DNA from: a virus
Lineage: Duplodnaviria; Heunggongvirae; Uroviricota; Caudoviricetes
Direction: 5' to 3' (one strand)
Virus record (IMG/VR): IMGVR_UViG_2574180019_000006
DNA length: 64,000 nucleotides
Shown here: positions 38,115-51,457 of the stretch, in pieces
Numbering within the stretch: position 1 is the stretch's first letter
Layout of the letters: each line of letters starts with the position of its first letter
Position numbers and translations under genes: made by a program
The notes under the pieces: model-generated
Database searches by the model: none
Seen by the model: the letters and a program-made list of their open reading frames with translations, nothing else
What the model was told of the DNA's origin: nothing

Positions 38115-41100
38115 ATGTGGTACAGGGAAGGTACTATCACATTTACACAGGGCAGCAATACTCTGGTTGGGGCAGGGACAGCCTGGAACGTAACAGCTAA
38201 TGGTGTGTTGCCGGGGATGATCGTCATTGGCCCCGACAATAAGCTGTATGAGATCAAGCGCGTAACCAGTGATACGAACATTGTTCTCTCAGAACCTTAT
38301 ACCGGCGAAACTCAGTCTGAAGTTCCGTGCCGAATCATTACGACCTATGAAGGCGACTTAACACAGTTTAGCGCGCGCTTTACTGCGCTAATGTCGCGTA
38401 TGTCGGCTGATTCCAAGTCCATACGCAGTTGGTTGACTGCGCTGGATGAGGTGACAATCGAGCGTGAAGACGGTACAGAAGTGACCGTTAAGCCGCTAAT
38501 GCAGATCGTCAACGAGCACAACGAAAACGTTGAGTGGTATAAAAATAACACTGACGCGATTGATGCTGCTGGCGACAAAGCTCGTGAGGCGGCGGCCAGT
38601 GCTGCCGCAGCAGCAAAAAGCGCCAATGCCGCTGGAGAAAAAGCCTCTCAAGCGTCTCAAAGTGCATCCGCTGCGGCATCCTCACAAAGTGCCGCAAGTG
38701 CGAGTGCAACTGCTGCGAAAAAATCTGAAACGAATGCCGCAGCATCACAAAAATCTGCGGCCACTTCTGCATCCACCGCGACCACGAAAGCGTCAGAAGC
38801 TGCCACCTCAGCCCGGGATGCGTCGGCTTCAAAAGTGGCGGCAAAATCATCAGAAACGAGCGCAGCCTCGAGCGCCGGCAGTGCAGCTTCCTCGGCAACG
38901 GCGGCAGGAAATTCCGCGAAGGCCGCAAAAACGTCTGAGACGAATGCGGATAACAGCGCACAGGCGGCAGCAGACTCACAAACTGCATCGGCAAATTCCG
39001 CGACAGCAGCCAAAAAATCAGAAACCAACGCGAAAAATAGTGAGTCAGCAGCAAAGGTCAGCGAAACCAACGCTAAAGCGTCAGAGAACAAGGCGAAAGA
39101 ATATCTCGACAAGGTCGGGGGACTCGTCAGCCCGATGACGCAATACGATTGGCCCGTTGTTACTGGTAATGAGTCTTTTTACATCAAGATCGCGAAACTT
39201 TCCGATCCCGGAAGCAACAATTGCCATGTAACGCTAATGGTTACTAATGCCGGTAACTACGGCTCCACTTACGGAAACATTGACTTTATCGAGATCTCGG
39301 CGCGCGGTCTACCTTCTTCGCTTACTGCTGATAATGTATCCCGTTACCTGAGTATACGCCGTTTAGGGGCAACCGGGCTGACCGATGACAACCAGATGCG
39401 TTACGGCCTGGTTAAAGGTGATGGCTTTATTGAGGTTTGGGCCCTCCAGCGTGCATTTATCAACGGCGCAAAGGTTGCGGTACTGGCGCAGACGGCACGC
39501 ACGGAATTATACATTCCAGACGGATTTGTTAAGCAAACCGCCGCGCCTTCTGGATATGTTGAAGGCAACGTTGTAAGGATTTACGACCAGGTAAACAAGC
39601 CGACTAAAGCAGATTTGGGTCTTTCTAATGCTATGCTTACAGGCGCTTTCGGTCTTGGCGGTAGCGGGATAGCAACAACCGGCAAGATGAGCGATGTAGA
39701 GATCTTAAAAGCTCTGCGTGACAAAGGTGGTCATTTCTGGCGCGGTGATAAGCCGACCGGAAGTACGGCGACCATTTATAGCCACGGTTCTGGTATATTC
39801 TCGCGGTGCGGCGATACGTGGTCAGCGATCAATATCGACTACTCAAGCGGGAATGTTAAGGTATACGCTGGAAATGATAGAGGTCTTGACGGCGGGACTT
39901 TTAAAGTTAATCAGCTATACGGCTCGGCAAACAAGCCGTCGAAATCGGATGTTGGACTTGGCAACGTAACGAACGATGCGCAGGTAAAAAAAACCGGCGA
40001 TACAATGACCGGTGGGCTTACTTTTGCAAACGACTCAATCCTTGCCTGGATTCGGAATACTGACTGGGCGAAGATTGGATTTAAAAATGATGCCGATGGT
40101 GACACTGATTCATACATGTGGTTTGAAACAGGCGACAACGGCAATGAATATTTCAAATGGAGAAGCCGCCAGAGCACCACAACAAAAGACCTGATGAATC
40201 TTAAATGGGATGCTTTGTCTGTTCTTGTTAAAGCCCTTTTCAGCAGTGAAGTAAAAATATCGACAGTCAATGCACTGAGGATTTTTAATTCATCCTTTGG
40301 TGCTATTTTTCGCCGTTCTGAAGAAAGCCTGTATATCATCCCTACACGAGAAAATGAGGGTGAAAATGGAGATATTGGGCCATTAAGGCCATTCAACATC
40401 AACTTAAGAACAGGAGTTGTGTCTGTTGGTCATGGACTAAATGTTACTGGTGGCGTTAATGGTAGTTTGAACGGTAATGCTTCAACAGCTACGAAGTTGC
40501 AGACTGCGCGTACTATTAATGGGGTGTCGTTTGACGGTTCTAAAAACATTGAGCTAACTCCAAGGTCTATAGGAACGATCAACTCAGCAACAATGTCTTT
40601 TAGTGGTGGTGCCGGATGGTTCAAGCTGGCAACTGTAACCATGCCACAGGCCAGTTCCGTGGTTTACATAAGCCTGATTGGTGGTGCAGGGTATAACGTT
40701 GGCTCCCCGCAGCAAGCAGGCATCTCTGAGCTGGTTCTGCGTGCCGGAAATGGAAATCCAAAGGGTATTACTGGTGCATTATGGCGACGGACATCGGTTG
40801 GATTTACTAATTTTGCATGGGTGAATACATCCGGTGATACCTATGACATTTATGTAGAAATAGGTAATTACGCCACAGGTGTTAATATCCAGTGGGATTA
40901 TACAAAGGATGCAACTGTACAAATTCATACATCACCAACTTATACAGCGAATAAACCAACTGGTCTTACTGATGGAACGGTATATGTCATTTACAGTTCG
41001 CACATTAAACCGACCGCCACGGATGTCGGCGCATTACCAATAACCGGAGGAAATCTCAACGGCGGTTTAACGGCTACTGGTGAGATCATTTCAAAATCGG

Positions 41101-42473
41101 CGAATGGTCTGCGCATTGCCTACGGAAACTACGGATTCTTTATCCGAAACGATGGTTCAAACACATACTTCATGTTGACCGATTCGGGTAACAGCCTGGG
41201 AACCTATAATAGGTTAAGGCCGCTTATCATTAACAATGCCAATGGTGCTGTTACGATCGGTAATGGACTCAATGTTACTGGCGGCATCAATGGTAGTTTG
41301 AACGGTAATGCTGCAACTGCAACAAAACTGCAAACAGCACGCACAATAGGCGGCGTGTCATTCGATGGCTCCGCCAATATCAACCTGCCGGGTGTAAACA
41401 TTGCTGGTAACCAGAACACAACCGGTAATGCAGCGACAGCGACCAAGTTACAAACTGCTAGAACTATAAATGGGGTGTCGTTTGATGGTTCTAAAAATAT
41501 TGAGCTAACGGCGGAAGATTTAAATCTTGAGCAAACTGTAGAATTAGCCGCAGGAGCATTGCAGAAAAACCAGAACGGCGCAGATATACCGGGAAAAGAT
41601 ACCTTCACAAAAAATATTGGTGCATGTCGCGCTTTTCACAGTGCTATTAGTACAGGGGCAGGGAACTGGACAACGGCACAATTGATTGAATGGCTGGATT
41701 CTCAAGGGGCATTCAATCACCCATACTGGATGTGCAAATGTTCATGGTCATACGGCAATAATAAAATTATTACCGATACTGGCTGTGGAACTATTCATCT
41801 TGCAGGTTGCGTTATTGAGGTTATGGGTAATAAAGGTGCCATGACCATCCGTGTAACCACCCCGAGCACTTCCAGCGGTGGCGGAACTACTAATGCACAA
41901 TTCACTTATATTAATCATGGTGATGCTTATGCTCCTGGCTGGCGACGAGACTACAACACGAAAAACCAGCAGCCTGCATTTGCTTTAGGGAAAACAGGAG
42001 GCACTGTCGGAAATGATAAAGCTGTTGGCTGGAACTGGAATAGCGGGGTCTATAACGCAAATATTGGTGGCGCAACGACATTAATCCTCCATTTCAATAT
42101 GAGCGAGGGGAGTTGCCCTGCCGTACAGTTCCGTGTGAATTATAAGAACGGCGGTATTTTTTATCGTTCAGCACGTGATGGTTATGGCTTTGAAGCTAAC
42201 TGGTCAGAGTTTTACACCACAACACGCAAACCCTCTGCGGGAGATGTTGGTGCATATACGCAGGCAGAATGTAACTCAAGGTTTATTACAGGTATTCGCC
42301 TTGGCGGTCTGTCATCTGTTCAGACATGGAATGGTCCTGGCTGGTCTGACAGGTCAGGTTATGTCGTTACAGGTTCAGTTAACGGAAACCGTGATGAATT
42401 AATTGATACAACTCAGGCAAGGCCAATTCAGTATTGCATTAATGGAACGTGGTATAACGCGGGGAGTATTTAA
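38115..42473 (+). CDS. side tail fibre protein
   Basis: N-terminal Ala/Ser/Thr repeats (KKSETNA...), internally duplicated Ig-like segments, followed by an assembly-chaperone gene. Confidence 0.85.
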   Translation: MWYREGTITFTQGSNTLVGAGTAWNVTANGVLPGMIVIGPDNKLYEIKRVTSDTNIVLSEPYTGETQSEVPCRIITTYEGDLTQFSARFTALMSRMSADSKSIRSWLTALDEVTIEREDGTEVTVKPLMQIVNEHNENVEWYKNNTDAIDAAGDKAREAAASAAAAAKSANAAGEKASQASQSASAAASSQSAASASATAAKKSETNAAASQKSAATSASTATTKASEAATSARDASASKVAAKSSETSAASSAGSAASSATAAGNSAKAAKTSETNADNSAQAAADSQTASANSATAAKKSETNAKNSESAAKVSETNAKASENKAKEYLDKVGGLVSPMTQYDWPVVTGNESFYIKIAKLSDPGSNNCHVTLMVTNAGNYGSTYGNIDFIEISARGLPSSLTADNVSRYLSIRRLGATGLTDDNQMRYGLVKGDGFIEVWALQRAFINGAKVAVLAQTARTELYIPDGFVKQTAAPSGYVEGNVVRIYDQVNKPTKADLGLSNAMLTGAFGLGGSGIATTGKMSDVEILKALRDKGGHFWRGDKPTGSTATIYSHGSGIFSRCGDTWSAINIDYSSGNVKVYAGNDRGLDGGTFKVNQLYGSANKPSKSDVGLGNVTNDAQVKKTGDTMTGGLTFANDSILAWIRNTDWAKIGFKNDADGDTDSYMWFETGDNGNEYFKWRSRQSTTTKDLMNLKWDALSVLVKALFSSEVKISTVNALRIFNSSFGAIFRRSEESLYIIPTRENEGENGDIGPLRPFNINLRTGVVSVGHGLNVTGGVNGSLNGNASTATKLQTARTINGVSFDGSKNIELTPRSIGTINSATMSFSGGAGWFKLATVTMPQASSVVYISLIGGAGYNVGSPQQAGISELVLRAGNGNPKGITGALWRRTSVGFTNFAWVNTSGDTYDIYVEIGNYATGVNIQWDYTKDATVQIHTSPTYTANKPTGLTDGTVYVIYSSHIKPTATDVGALPITGGNLNGGLTATGEIISKSANGLRIAYGNYGFFIRNDGSNTYFMLTDSGNSLGTYNRLRPLIINNANGAVTIGNGLNVTGGINGSLNGNAATATKLQTARTIGGVSFDGSANINLPGVNIAGNQNTTGNAATATKLQTARTINGVSFDGSKNIELTAEDLNLEQTVELAAGALQKNQNGADIPGKDTFTKNIGACRAFHSAISTGAGNWTTAQLIEWLDSQGAFNHPYWMCKCSWSYGNNKIITDTGCGTIHLAGCVIEVMGNKGAMTIRVTTPSTSSGGGTTNAQFTYINHGDAYAPGWRRDYNTKNQQPAFALGKTGGTVGNDKAVGWNWNSGVYNANIGGATTLILHFNMSEGSCPAVQFRVNYKNGGIFYRSARDGYGFEANWSEFYTTTRKPSAGDVGAYTQAECNSRFITGIRLGGLSSVQTWNGPGWSDRSGYVVTGSVNGNRDELIDTTQARPIQYCINGTWYNAGSI

Positions 42474-42475
42474 TT

Positions 42476-43003
42476 ATGATGCACTTAAAAAATATTACTG
42501 CTGGCAACCCTAAAACAAAAGAGCAATACCAGCTAACGAAACGATTTAACATCAAATGGCTTTATACAGAGGATGGGAAGAACTGGTATGAGGAACAAAA
42601 GAACTTTCAGCCTGATACGTTGAAAATGGTATATGACCACAACGACGTTATTATTTGTATTGAAAAGGATGTTTCAGCAATTAATCCAGAAGGCGCAAGC
42701 GTCGTTGAATTACCTGATATTACAGCAAATCGCCGGGCTGATATTTCGGGTAAATGGATGTTCAAGGACGGAGCTGTGGTTAAACGGATTTATACGGCAG
42801 ACGAGCAACAACAACAGGCCGAATCACAAAAGGCCGCGTTGCTTTCTGAAGCTGAAAGCGTTATTCAGCCACTGGAACGCGCTGTCAGGCTGAATATGGC
42901 GACGGATGAGGAGCGTACACGACTGGAGTCATGGGAACGCTACAGCGTTCTGGTCAACCGTGTGGATACAGCAAAGCCCGAATGGCCACAAAAGCCTGAA
43001 TAA
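42476..43003 (+). CDS. tail fibre assembly protein
   Basis: About 175 aa immediately downstream of the fibre gene. Confidence 0.7.
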   Translation: MMHLKNITAGNPKTKEQYQLTKRFNIKWLYTEDGKNWYEEQKNFQPDTLKMVYDHNDVIICIEKDVSAINPEGASVVELPDITANRRADISGKWMFKDGAVVKRIYTADEQQQQAESQKAALLSEAESVIQPLERAVRLNMATDEERTRLESWERYSVLVNRVDTAKPEWPQKPE

Positions 43004-43165
43004 AAATTAAGGCCCGCTATCGGGCCTTGTCTCATTCATCATATTCAGCAATTGACCAAAAGGGTTGAGGAGCTTGAAACGAAGTTAAATTCACCTAAAG
43101 AATAAACAACTTCAATCGGGGCTGGAGCTAAACCAGCCCCTGCTTAAAAGTATAAGGATATATTT

Positions 43166-43420
43166 ATGAGCTATGGTGCACAGGTTTGGTCGCCATCAAG
43201 ACAGGAGATGGTCAATGCGTTGGCCCCTGTTTATTACCTCGATTATTTTACTCCCTCTGGTTCAGGAAGTAGAACATATGAGGTTGAGGCGGGATTGGGA
43301 ATCGACTATTACATAATGGACGTAACCAATGGAAAATACACAAGTCTTACGGTTTCTGGAAATACCATTTCGTGGTCTGGAGCTAGTGGCAATTTAAACA
43401 TATTGGTTTTTCAAAAATAA
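43166..43420 (+). CDS. hypothetical protein
   Basis: ORF after two terminator-like hairpins. Confidence 0.45.
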   Translation: MSYGAQVWSPSRQEMVNALAPVYYLDYFTPSGSGSRTYEVEAGLGIDYYIMDVTNGKYTSLTVSGNTISWSGASGNLNILVFQK

Positions 43421-44028
43421 TGTACGGAAGCAAGATATATCGATCTGACGGGAAGGTCTGGATGTCTCCTTCTTTGTCTCCTATCGTTTTTCAGAGAAAG
43501 CAGGTTGTTTCTTTGTCTGGCGGGACAGAGTTTAACACCCAAATATCTCCAGATCGTTCACCGATGATTTTTGTTGCCTATTCGAAAGCTGTTTCATTAA
43601 TAGCCAACAGAATAGTGCGTAATAACCAGGTGATTTACAGTTTCGGAGGTCGGGGTAGCGACTCTAGTGCCACGATATACGTATTTTCGAAAGGTATAGC
43701 CAAAAAAGAAACTTGGGGCATGAGTTTTTTCAATGCACAAGGGGAGGAAATCTATAATACGGCAAATATCCCACTTTCATTTACCTTTCTTAATAATACG
43801 GAGTGGAACAGCTCTGGAGGGCATGTTTTTGATTACCCTCCAGCGATAATCCCAACATATGCGAATGTGTCCGCTGTTCCAGTACCGGGCGGAGCCATGA
43901 CAATGGTTTATGGATATGCGGCATATGGAAATACTGTTAGCTCGATATTCGTAAACCAACTTAATGGCGGCCATAGTTTTAGCGTAAATGGCAGAGTACC
44001 GGTAATAAATAGAAATCTGTATAACTGA
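43420..44028 (+). CDS. hypothetical protein (202 aa, Gly/Ser/Asn-rich)
   Basis: ORF coupled to the upstream stop. Confidence 0.5.
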   Translation: MYGSKIYRSDGKVWMSPSLSPIVFQRKQVVSLSGGTEFNTQISPDRSPMIFVAYSKAVSLIANRIVRNNQVIYSFGGRGSDSSATIYVFSKGIAKKETWGMSFFNAQGEEIYNTANIPLSFTFLNNTEWNSSGGHVFDYPPAIIPTYANVSAVPVPGGAMTMVYGYAAYGNTVSSIFVNQLNGGHSFSVNGRVPVINRNLYN

Positions 44029-44035
44029 TGAGTAA

Positions 44036-44269
44036 ATGATGAAAAGATTATTTCTAACAATAGCTGTTGTTCTCTCTCTTACTGGCTGCCAGAAATTGCC
44101 GACACCTATATGTTACGGTGAGGCTATCATTGGTGGACAGGAGACAGTCATACCCATATATGCTGTTAAAAAAGTGAACAACTATACCTTATACAAAGCG
44201 GGTAGCATCTATAACTGGCGATGGGTAGGAGTAGGTGCTTTCTCATCAGTCCGTTGCAATGCTGAATGA
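44036..44269 (+). CDS. putative lipoprotein
   Basis: Signal peptide with lipobox LTGC. Confidence 0.5.
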   Translation: MMKRLFLTIAVVLSLTGCQKLPTPICYGEAIIGGQETVIPIYAVKKVNNYTLYKAGSIYNWRWVGVGAFSSVRCNAE

Positions 44270-44350
44270 TAGGTAAGTACACACCTACAACAAAAGGGTG
44301 AAATGTGATATAAATCCGCCATCCCGATTTGACTTTTCATGGAGGAAAAC

Positions 44351-44674
44351 ATGTCGAACGAGATGGCGGGCGTTACAACAGAGCAAGTTGAGCGTATTGC
44401 CGCGATCGTTGCTCGGGAGGTTGTTGGCAAATTAGGTAAAGAGCTACGTGAAGAAATTGGCCAGGAGGTCAACGATCAGCTGAAAACCTACTTTGGTGAT
44501 ATGACCCCGGCGCAACATAGTATTCAACACTCCAACCTGGACAAACTCCTTAACCGGTTAGATTCCATCTCAAGTGGGTTCTTTGGCGGCATTGTTTCTA
44601 AAATAACGTCGTTCATTATTACCGCACTGCTTTTGGGGTTAGCCGCGTATGGCGTAAAAAATGGACTGCAATAA
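44351..44674 (+). CDS. putative holin-like membrane protein
   Basis: ATG at 44351 with GGAGGA RBS; C-terminal transmembrane segment; sits before lysis genes. Confidence 0.4.
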   Translation: MSNEMAGVTTEQVERIAAIVAREVVGKLGKELREEIGQEVNDQLKTYFGDMTPAQHSIQHSNLDKLLNRLDSISSGFFGGIVSKITSFIITALLLGLAAYGVKNGLQ

Positions 44675-44687
44675 CAGGAGATCAAGG

Positions 44688-45380
44688 ATGAAGACTCCGA
44701 GAGGTATTCGTAATAATAACCCCGGTAATCTTGATAAAGGATCACCGTGGCAAGGTCTGGTTGCGAATCCAGACGAACCGCGCTTTTGCACGTTTAAAGA
44801 CCCTGTTTGGGGGATTCGTGCACTGGCGGTGACTCTAATTACCTACCACGACAAGCGTCGCGCAAAAGACGGCTCAAGTATCGATACCATTCGTGAAGTT
44901 ATTGAACGTTGGGCACCGCCGAATGAAAACAATACTGACGCCTACATTAATGAGGTGTCTAAAGCCGTTGGTGTAACCGCAGACATGATTATCGATCTGC
45001 ATGATTACGACATTCTTCGACCTTTGGTTGAGGCAATCATTCGCCATGAGAATGGGCGAGGTCCGCTAAAAACGCTGAACACCTGGTATGCGGCAGAAGT
45101 TATTGAGGAAGGTCTGCGTCGAGCTGGCGTTGTTAAGCCGGTGAAAACCGTGAAGGCTGTTCCTGTAACTAAAGAAACCGCAGGCGCAACTGTTACAGCA
45201 GGTATTGGTCTGGCGCAGCTGGCCGATGTTATGCCGCAGGTTTCCGCTGCTATGGATAAAGCACAAGGTCATATCTCTAGCGGGGATACAGTACGCATCA
45301 TCTTCGGTATTGCCACTATTGTTGTGGCAGGATTCATTGCCTGGTCGCAGGTAAGAAAACACCAGAAAGGGATGGTCTAA
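44688..45380 (+). CDS. putative lysis protein with C-terminal membrane anchor (possible peptidoglycan hydrolase)
   Basis: ATG at 44688 with AGGAG RBS; followed by a spanin pair; enzymatic class not assignable by eye. Confidence 0.4.
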   Translation: MKTPRGIRNNNPGNLDKGSPWQGLVANPDEPRFCTFKDPVWGIRALAVTLITYHDKRRAKDGSSIDTIREVIERWAPPNENNTDAYINEVSKAVGVTADMIIDLHDYDILRPLVEAIIRHENGRGPLKTLNTWYAAEVIEEGLRRAGVVKPVKTVKAVPVTKETAGATVTAGIGLAQLADVMPQVSAAMDKAQGHISSGDTVRIIFGIATIVVAGFIAWSQVRKHQKGMV

Positions 45381-45381
45381 T

Positions 45382-45633
45382 ATGCTAGGCAGCCTGATGA
45401 CAAAGCTAAAAGTTGCTTTGATTACGCTGGCTGCCGTTCTTTTCGTTCTTGTCGGCGCTTACACGATGGGCGGGAATGCGGCGCGACGAGCAATGGAAGA
45501 GAAGGCAAAACAGGAAGACAGAAAACGACTTCAAAGCACAGTGGAAGTGGTGAATGAGACGAGCAATAAAATACGTCAGAAAGATGCTTCTGCCGTTCAT
45601 CGTGAGTTGTATGATAAGTGGGTGCGTCATTAA
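45382..45633 (+). CDS. inner-membrane spanin component (Rz-like)
   Basis: N-terminal TM segment then charged coiled coil; overlapped by a lipoprotein ORF in another frame. Confidence 0.6.
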   Translation: MLGSLMTKLKVALITLAAVLFVLVGAYTMGGNAARRAMEEKAKQEDRKRLQSTVEVVNETSNKIRQKDASAVHRELYDKWVRH

Positions 45634-45769
45634 ACCACAAACCGCCAGCGTATTGTTCTGCGATGGAGCTGGGCCTATCTATATCAGCAATAATGATGTG
45701 ATGACCGAAGAAACCGAACGCCAAATCCTTTTTCACAATACGATGGGAGAGAGAGTTTGCGGTTGGTGA
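45554..45769 (+). CDS. outer-membrane spanin component (Rz1-like lipoprotein)
   Basis: Signal peptide with lipobox (MISGC); overlaps the 3' end of the Rz-like gene. Confidence 0.55.
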   Translation: MRRAIKYVRKMLLPFIVSCMISGCVIKPQTASVLFCDGAGPIYISNNDVMTEETERQILFHNTMGERVCGW

Positions 45770-45800
45770 TGCGAAGTTCCCCTCACTTGAGGGGAGTACA

Positions 45801-46322
45801 TTATTCTTCGAACAATTTTTCGATAGATTTTGTAGGATAGAACAAAGAACGCTCGTTGTTACCAACCAGCTGGATAAAGTCTAAACTTTTATAAAACGCC
45901 TTGGCTTTGTCATTTAACGCCTCAACGAAAAGTCCATGAATGCCTACAGCAAGAGATGCATTGTACACAACGCGCATTGCATGTGTTACAAGCATTGAGC
46001 CAAATCCTTGACCTTGAAGGGACTTGTCCAAAGCCAGCCTACCCAAAGTAACACTTGGAACATTCCGATAAGGTACCTTCTTTTGCTGGCTTCTTGAAGG
46101 TAAGGACTCCTTTTCAAAGCAGCTACCTGACAAAGTGTAATACCCTAACACTTTTGGTCTGCCTTCTTTCGTGCAAAGCACATAAGCGCGAAGAATTTTT
46201 CCCTCATGCTGCCTTTTTAAGTGGTTGGTTAAAAAGGCATTTAGTGATTCTTCACCGCAATCAAAACCATTCAAATCATAATGTTTCTCTCCAGAGAAAA
46301 TTTCTATCTTTATATTATCCAC
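45801..46322 (-). CDS. GNAT-family toxin of a type II toxin-antitoxin pair (TacT/KacT-like)
   Basis: FDCGEE, HLKRQ, GYYTLS, VTLGRLA, LQGQGFG, GLFVEALNDKA, LFYPTKSIE match the TacT/KacT family as I recall it. Confidence 0.8.
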   Translation of the reverse strand: MDNIKIEIFSGEKHYDLNGFDCGEESLNAFLTNHLKRQHEGKILRAYVLCTKEGRPKVLGYYTLSGSCFEKESLPSRSQQKKVPYRNVPSVTLGRLALDKSLQGQGFGSMLVTHAMRVVYNASLAVGIHGLFVEALNDKAKAFYKSLDFIQLVGNNERSLFYPTKSIEKLFEE

Positions 46323-46329
46323 GAGTAAA

Positions 46330-46599
46330 CTACTCCATGCTTTTCAGACGATCAGCAGCTCGTTTCAGCTTGTCGTTCGGTGCCGGAGGATTGCTTATAG
46401 CGTCCATAACCAGATTCCAGGATTCTTCATTCAGAACTAGTCTACGGTGTTGCTCTATAACTTTCACGGCACGTTCAGATGCACTGCTAACCATAAACTG
46501 AGTAATGCTCTGGTTAGACATTGCGGCAGCTTCCTCGATGATGCTTTTATCGTCATCGGTTAATCTCAAATCGATGCGCTGCTTTTTTAGTGCTGACAT
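46330..46599 (-). CDS. DUF1778-type antitoxin (TacA/KacA-like)
   Basis: ATG at 46599 with AGGAGGA RBS; directly upstream of and co-oriented with the GNAT toxin. Confidence 0.7.
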   Translation of the reverse strand: MSALKKQRIDLRLTDDDKSIIEEAAAMSNQSITQFMVSSASERAVKVIEQHRRLVLNEESWNLVMDAISNPPAPNDKLKRAADRLKSME

Positions 46600-46867
46600 G
46601 TATTCCTCCTGATGGCCGTGATGTAGGAAGGCCATCAATCTCCTCTGTTCAAACTGAGTTTTCGACTCAAAAATTACTTTAAAAGGCTATAGCCCATTAC
46701 GTGTGCATTATCAAATTGTGTACGGCATATCACCGTACTTGTAATATAGATGTCATTGTTACTTTTTTCAACAGACAAATACAAGCTATGTTTGCCAATT
46801 GTTAATCACAACCTACCATTTAACCTTTACACCGCAGCCGTAGGCATTTAGGCTATATCACATATAA

Positions 46868-46883
46868 GAAAACAAGTTGTTTC
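46868..46883. promoter_or_regulatory. AAACAA-G-TTGTTT palindrome upstream of parA
   Basis: gaaaacaagttgtttc, 35 nt ahead of the parA ATG. Confidence 0.45.
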
Positions 46884-46917
46884 AGACGATAATTATATAC
46901 GCAAAGGGAACTCTCCA

Positions 46918-47586
46918 ATGACCAAGATCTTTGTGGTTGGCGGCACAAAGGGCGGGCCTGGCAAATCCACCGTTGCCCAGCAAATTGCCGTTTGCCTGAA
47001 AGTCAAAAAGAAGAAGAAGGTTTATATTACCGATATAGATATTCAGCGCACGACAACGAGCTGGTGTGAAGACCGTCGACAGAACGAAGACCTTGAGCTG
47101 ATTCCTTTTGCATACGTTCAGGATGACATCATTAAGCATCTAAAATCGCTTCAGGGTAGAGCTGAGTTTGTAGTGGTAGATGCTGGTGGCTTCGACTCCG
47201 AAATTCAGCGACAAGCGATGCTGATGGCTGACGTTATCATTATCCCGCTGCGTCCTAAGCGTCGTGATTTGAAATCTTTACGTGACATCGATCCTATTAT
47301 CGACAATGTTCGCAATGTAAACGATAAAGTGAAGGTCCGCGCGGTCATGAACCAGTGCCCGGCTTTGCCATCACAAGTGTCTCGCATTCTGGCGGCTAAA
47401 GAGATTGTTGAGACGTTTGGAATCGAGTCTGCGCCAGTCAATCTATATAACCGCAACGTCTATGATGATGCGGAAGAGTCTGGTCGTTCTATCTTTGAAA
47501 TGACCGGTAGCGAGCGCGACAAAAAGGCGGAAGCCGAGTTTGAAGAATTTGTAGATTATCTGTTGAGTCTGGAGGAAGAAGAATAA
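46918..47586 (+). CDS. parA: ParA-family partition ATPase
   Basis: Deviant Walker A GGTKGGPGKST; small ParF/SopA-like size. Confidence 0.85.
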   Translation: MTKIFVVGGTKGGPGKSTVAQQIAVCLKVKKKKKVYITDIDIQRTTTSWCEDRRQNEDLELIPFAYVQDDIIKHLKSLQGRAEFVVVDAGGFDSEIQRQAMLMADVIIIPLRPKRRDLKSLRDIDPIIDNVRNVNDKVKVRAVMNQCPALPSQVSRILAAKEIVETFGIESAPVNLYNRNVYDDAEESGRSIFEMTGSERDKKAEAEFEEFVDYLLSLEEEE

Positions 47587-47945
47587 TGTCCATGAAAATG
47601 GGTGACCTAGCAAAGCGCAAAGAGCCTGATGCACCGGCTAAGAACACAACTCCTTTGCGCCAACCAGTCAGACCACAGGGACGCCCGACTCGTGGCAAAG
47701 AGAAAATTAAAAGCCGCACAATGTCACTGGAGGACGAATACTTCGAACTGCTGGAGATGATGAAGTTCATCCCTCGCTTCGAGAAGTTCACTCGTTCTGA
47801 CGTGATTCGAGCAGCCATTTTCCATCTGGCAGAGAAGTCACCGCAGGAAATCGAGGACATCGTGAAATTGAATGAGGCGATCACCGCTGCCGATGTCACG
47901 ATGCGTACCGATGAAATCAAACGAGAGTTGATGAAGAAAGGTTAA
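47586..47945 (+). CDS. partition centromere-binding protein (ParG/ParB-like, small)
   Basis: Basic disordered N-terminus and helical C-terminus; coupled to parA. Confidence 0.55.
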   Translation: MSMKMGDLAKRKEPDAPAKNTTPLRQPVRPQGRPTRGKEKIKSRTMSLEDEYFELLEMMKFIPRFEKFTRSDVIRAAIFHLAEKSPQEIEDIVKLNEAITAADVTMRTDEIKRELMKKG

Positions 47946-47950
47946 AAATC

Positions 47951-47981
47951 ATGCATTGGCGCGTACATTGCGCCAATGCAT
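47951..47981. promoter_or_regulatory. 31-bp palindrome (12-bp arms ATGCATTGGCGC / GCGCCAATGCAT)
   Basis: Immediately after the partition operon; no T run follows. Confidence 0.5.
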
Positions 47982-48075
47982 AACTACAGTGTCAGCTTTA
48001 TGCCGCGCTAACACTATGTTCAGTCCTAACCACCCCAACCTTCACAAAAGGGCTACCGTAGCTTGGTGGCTTCTT

Positions 48076-50655
<2,580 letters not shown>

Positions 50656-50701
50656 TAGCGGAAACGGAATGGGGAAACTCATTCCGTTTTTGTTTATCGC
50701 C

Positions 50702-51046
50702 TTAGACGGCAAAAGTGCTGTCGCCCACCTGCGCTTGCGCATACCAGGCCATAAGCTCCGTGGTTCCTGGTTCTCCTTCCGCTGGAGCCCAGTGCGCATA
50801 GTCATCGGCAGCCACGGGTTGATAGCCACCGTGTTTTACTTCAAAAATTATGCCACCGGTATCCAGCGACAGCACGGCATGCCAGGTTCCTGCGGCCATC
50901 TCCAGCACCGTACAGGTTTCCCCCAATATCGCCCGATGGGTGACGGTACCCCGATCGTCAAAATTCAGCACCACGAAACGACCCCTTAATGGCAACAGTA
51001 GCTCGAAGGTGTGAGGGTGTCGGTGCGGGCGCACGTAGGTCCCAGG
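50702..51046 (-). CDS. orf477 fragment (cupin-like), 5'-truncated at the unit boundary
   Basis: Minus-strand frame stays open up to 51046, where the unit ends. Confidence 0.75.
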   Translation of the reverse strand, partial: PGTYVRPHRHPHTFELLLPLRGRFVVLNFDDRGTVTHRAILGETCTVLEMAAGTWHAVLSLDTGGIIFEVKHGGYQPVAADDYAHWAPAEGEPGTTELMAWYAQAQVGDSTFAV

Positions 51047-51286
51047 TCATATTCCTTCCGGCGTCCGGCATTTTACCGCCAGACAGCTCGGGATTCGTGA
51101 TATCACCGTTCTTGCAGAATACGGTTAGTATTTAGCCTTATCCAATGATCTCGCGTATACCGATAAATCGTCCATTATTGCATCTCTTTGCTACTGACTA
51201 ATGCGTTCTATTTTACACATAAGTTTTTAATCAATTTAACAGGCTCAAAGTGTAGAGCTTCTGGGCGTCTAAGACGACAAGTTATG

Positions 51287-51341
51287 CCTGTTTCTGTATA
51301 TATAAATAATAAGTAACTTATTAAATATATACGGAAGCAGG
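51287..51341. repeat. 55-bp element, copy 2 (exact duplicate of 15565-15619)
   Basis: Identical sequence upstream of the 51458 gene. Confidence 0.7.
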
Positions 51342-51457
51342 TCTTTTAAAAGACACCACCAGAACAACTCCCTTCCGTTTCCACTTCCAAAAACTGCCAC
51401 CAGTCGCTATCATCCGCTCATTGTGATAAGTAAGTAACTACCTACCAGGTGAGCCAC

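Noticed and set aside
35885-39112. Antisense and alternative-frame ORFs inside the J-like and tail fibre genes
   Set aside because: Produced by repetitive Ala/Ser-rich coding sequence; sense-strand genes are strongly supported.
50669-50989. Plus-strand ORF antisense to orf477
   Set aside because: The minus-strand reading is the known orf477 fragment of the transposition unit.
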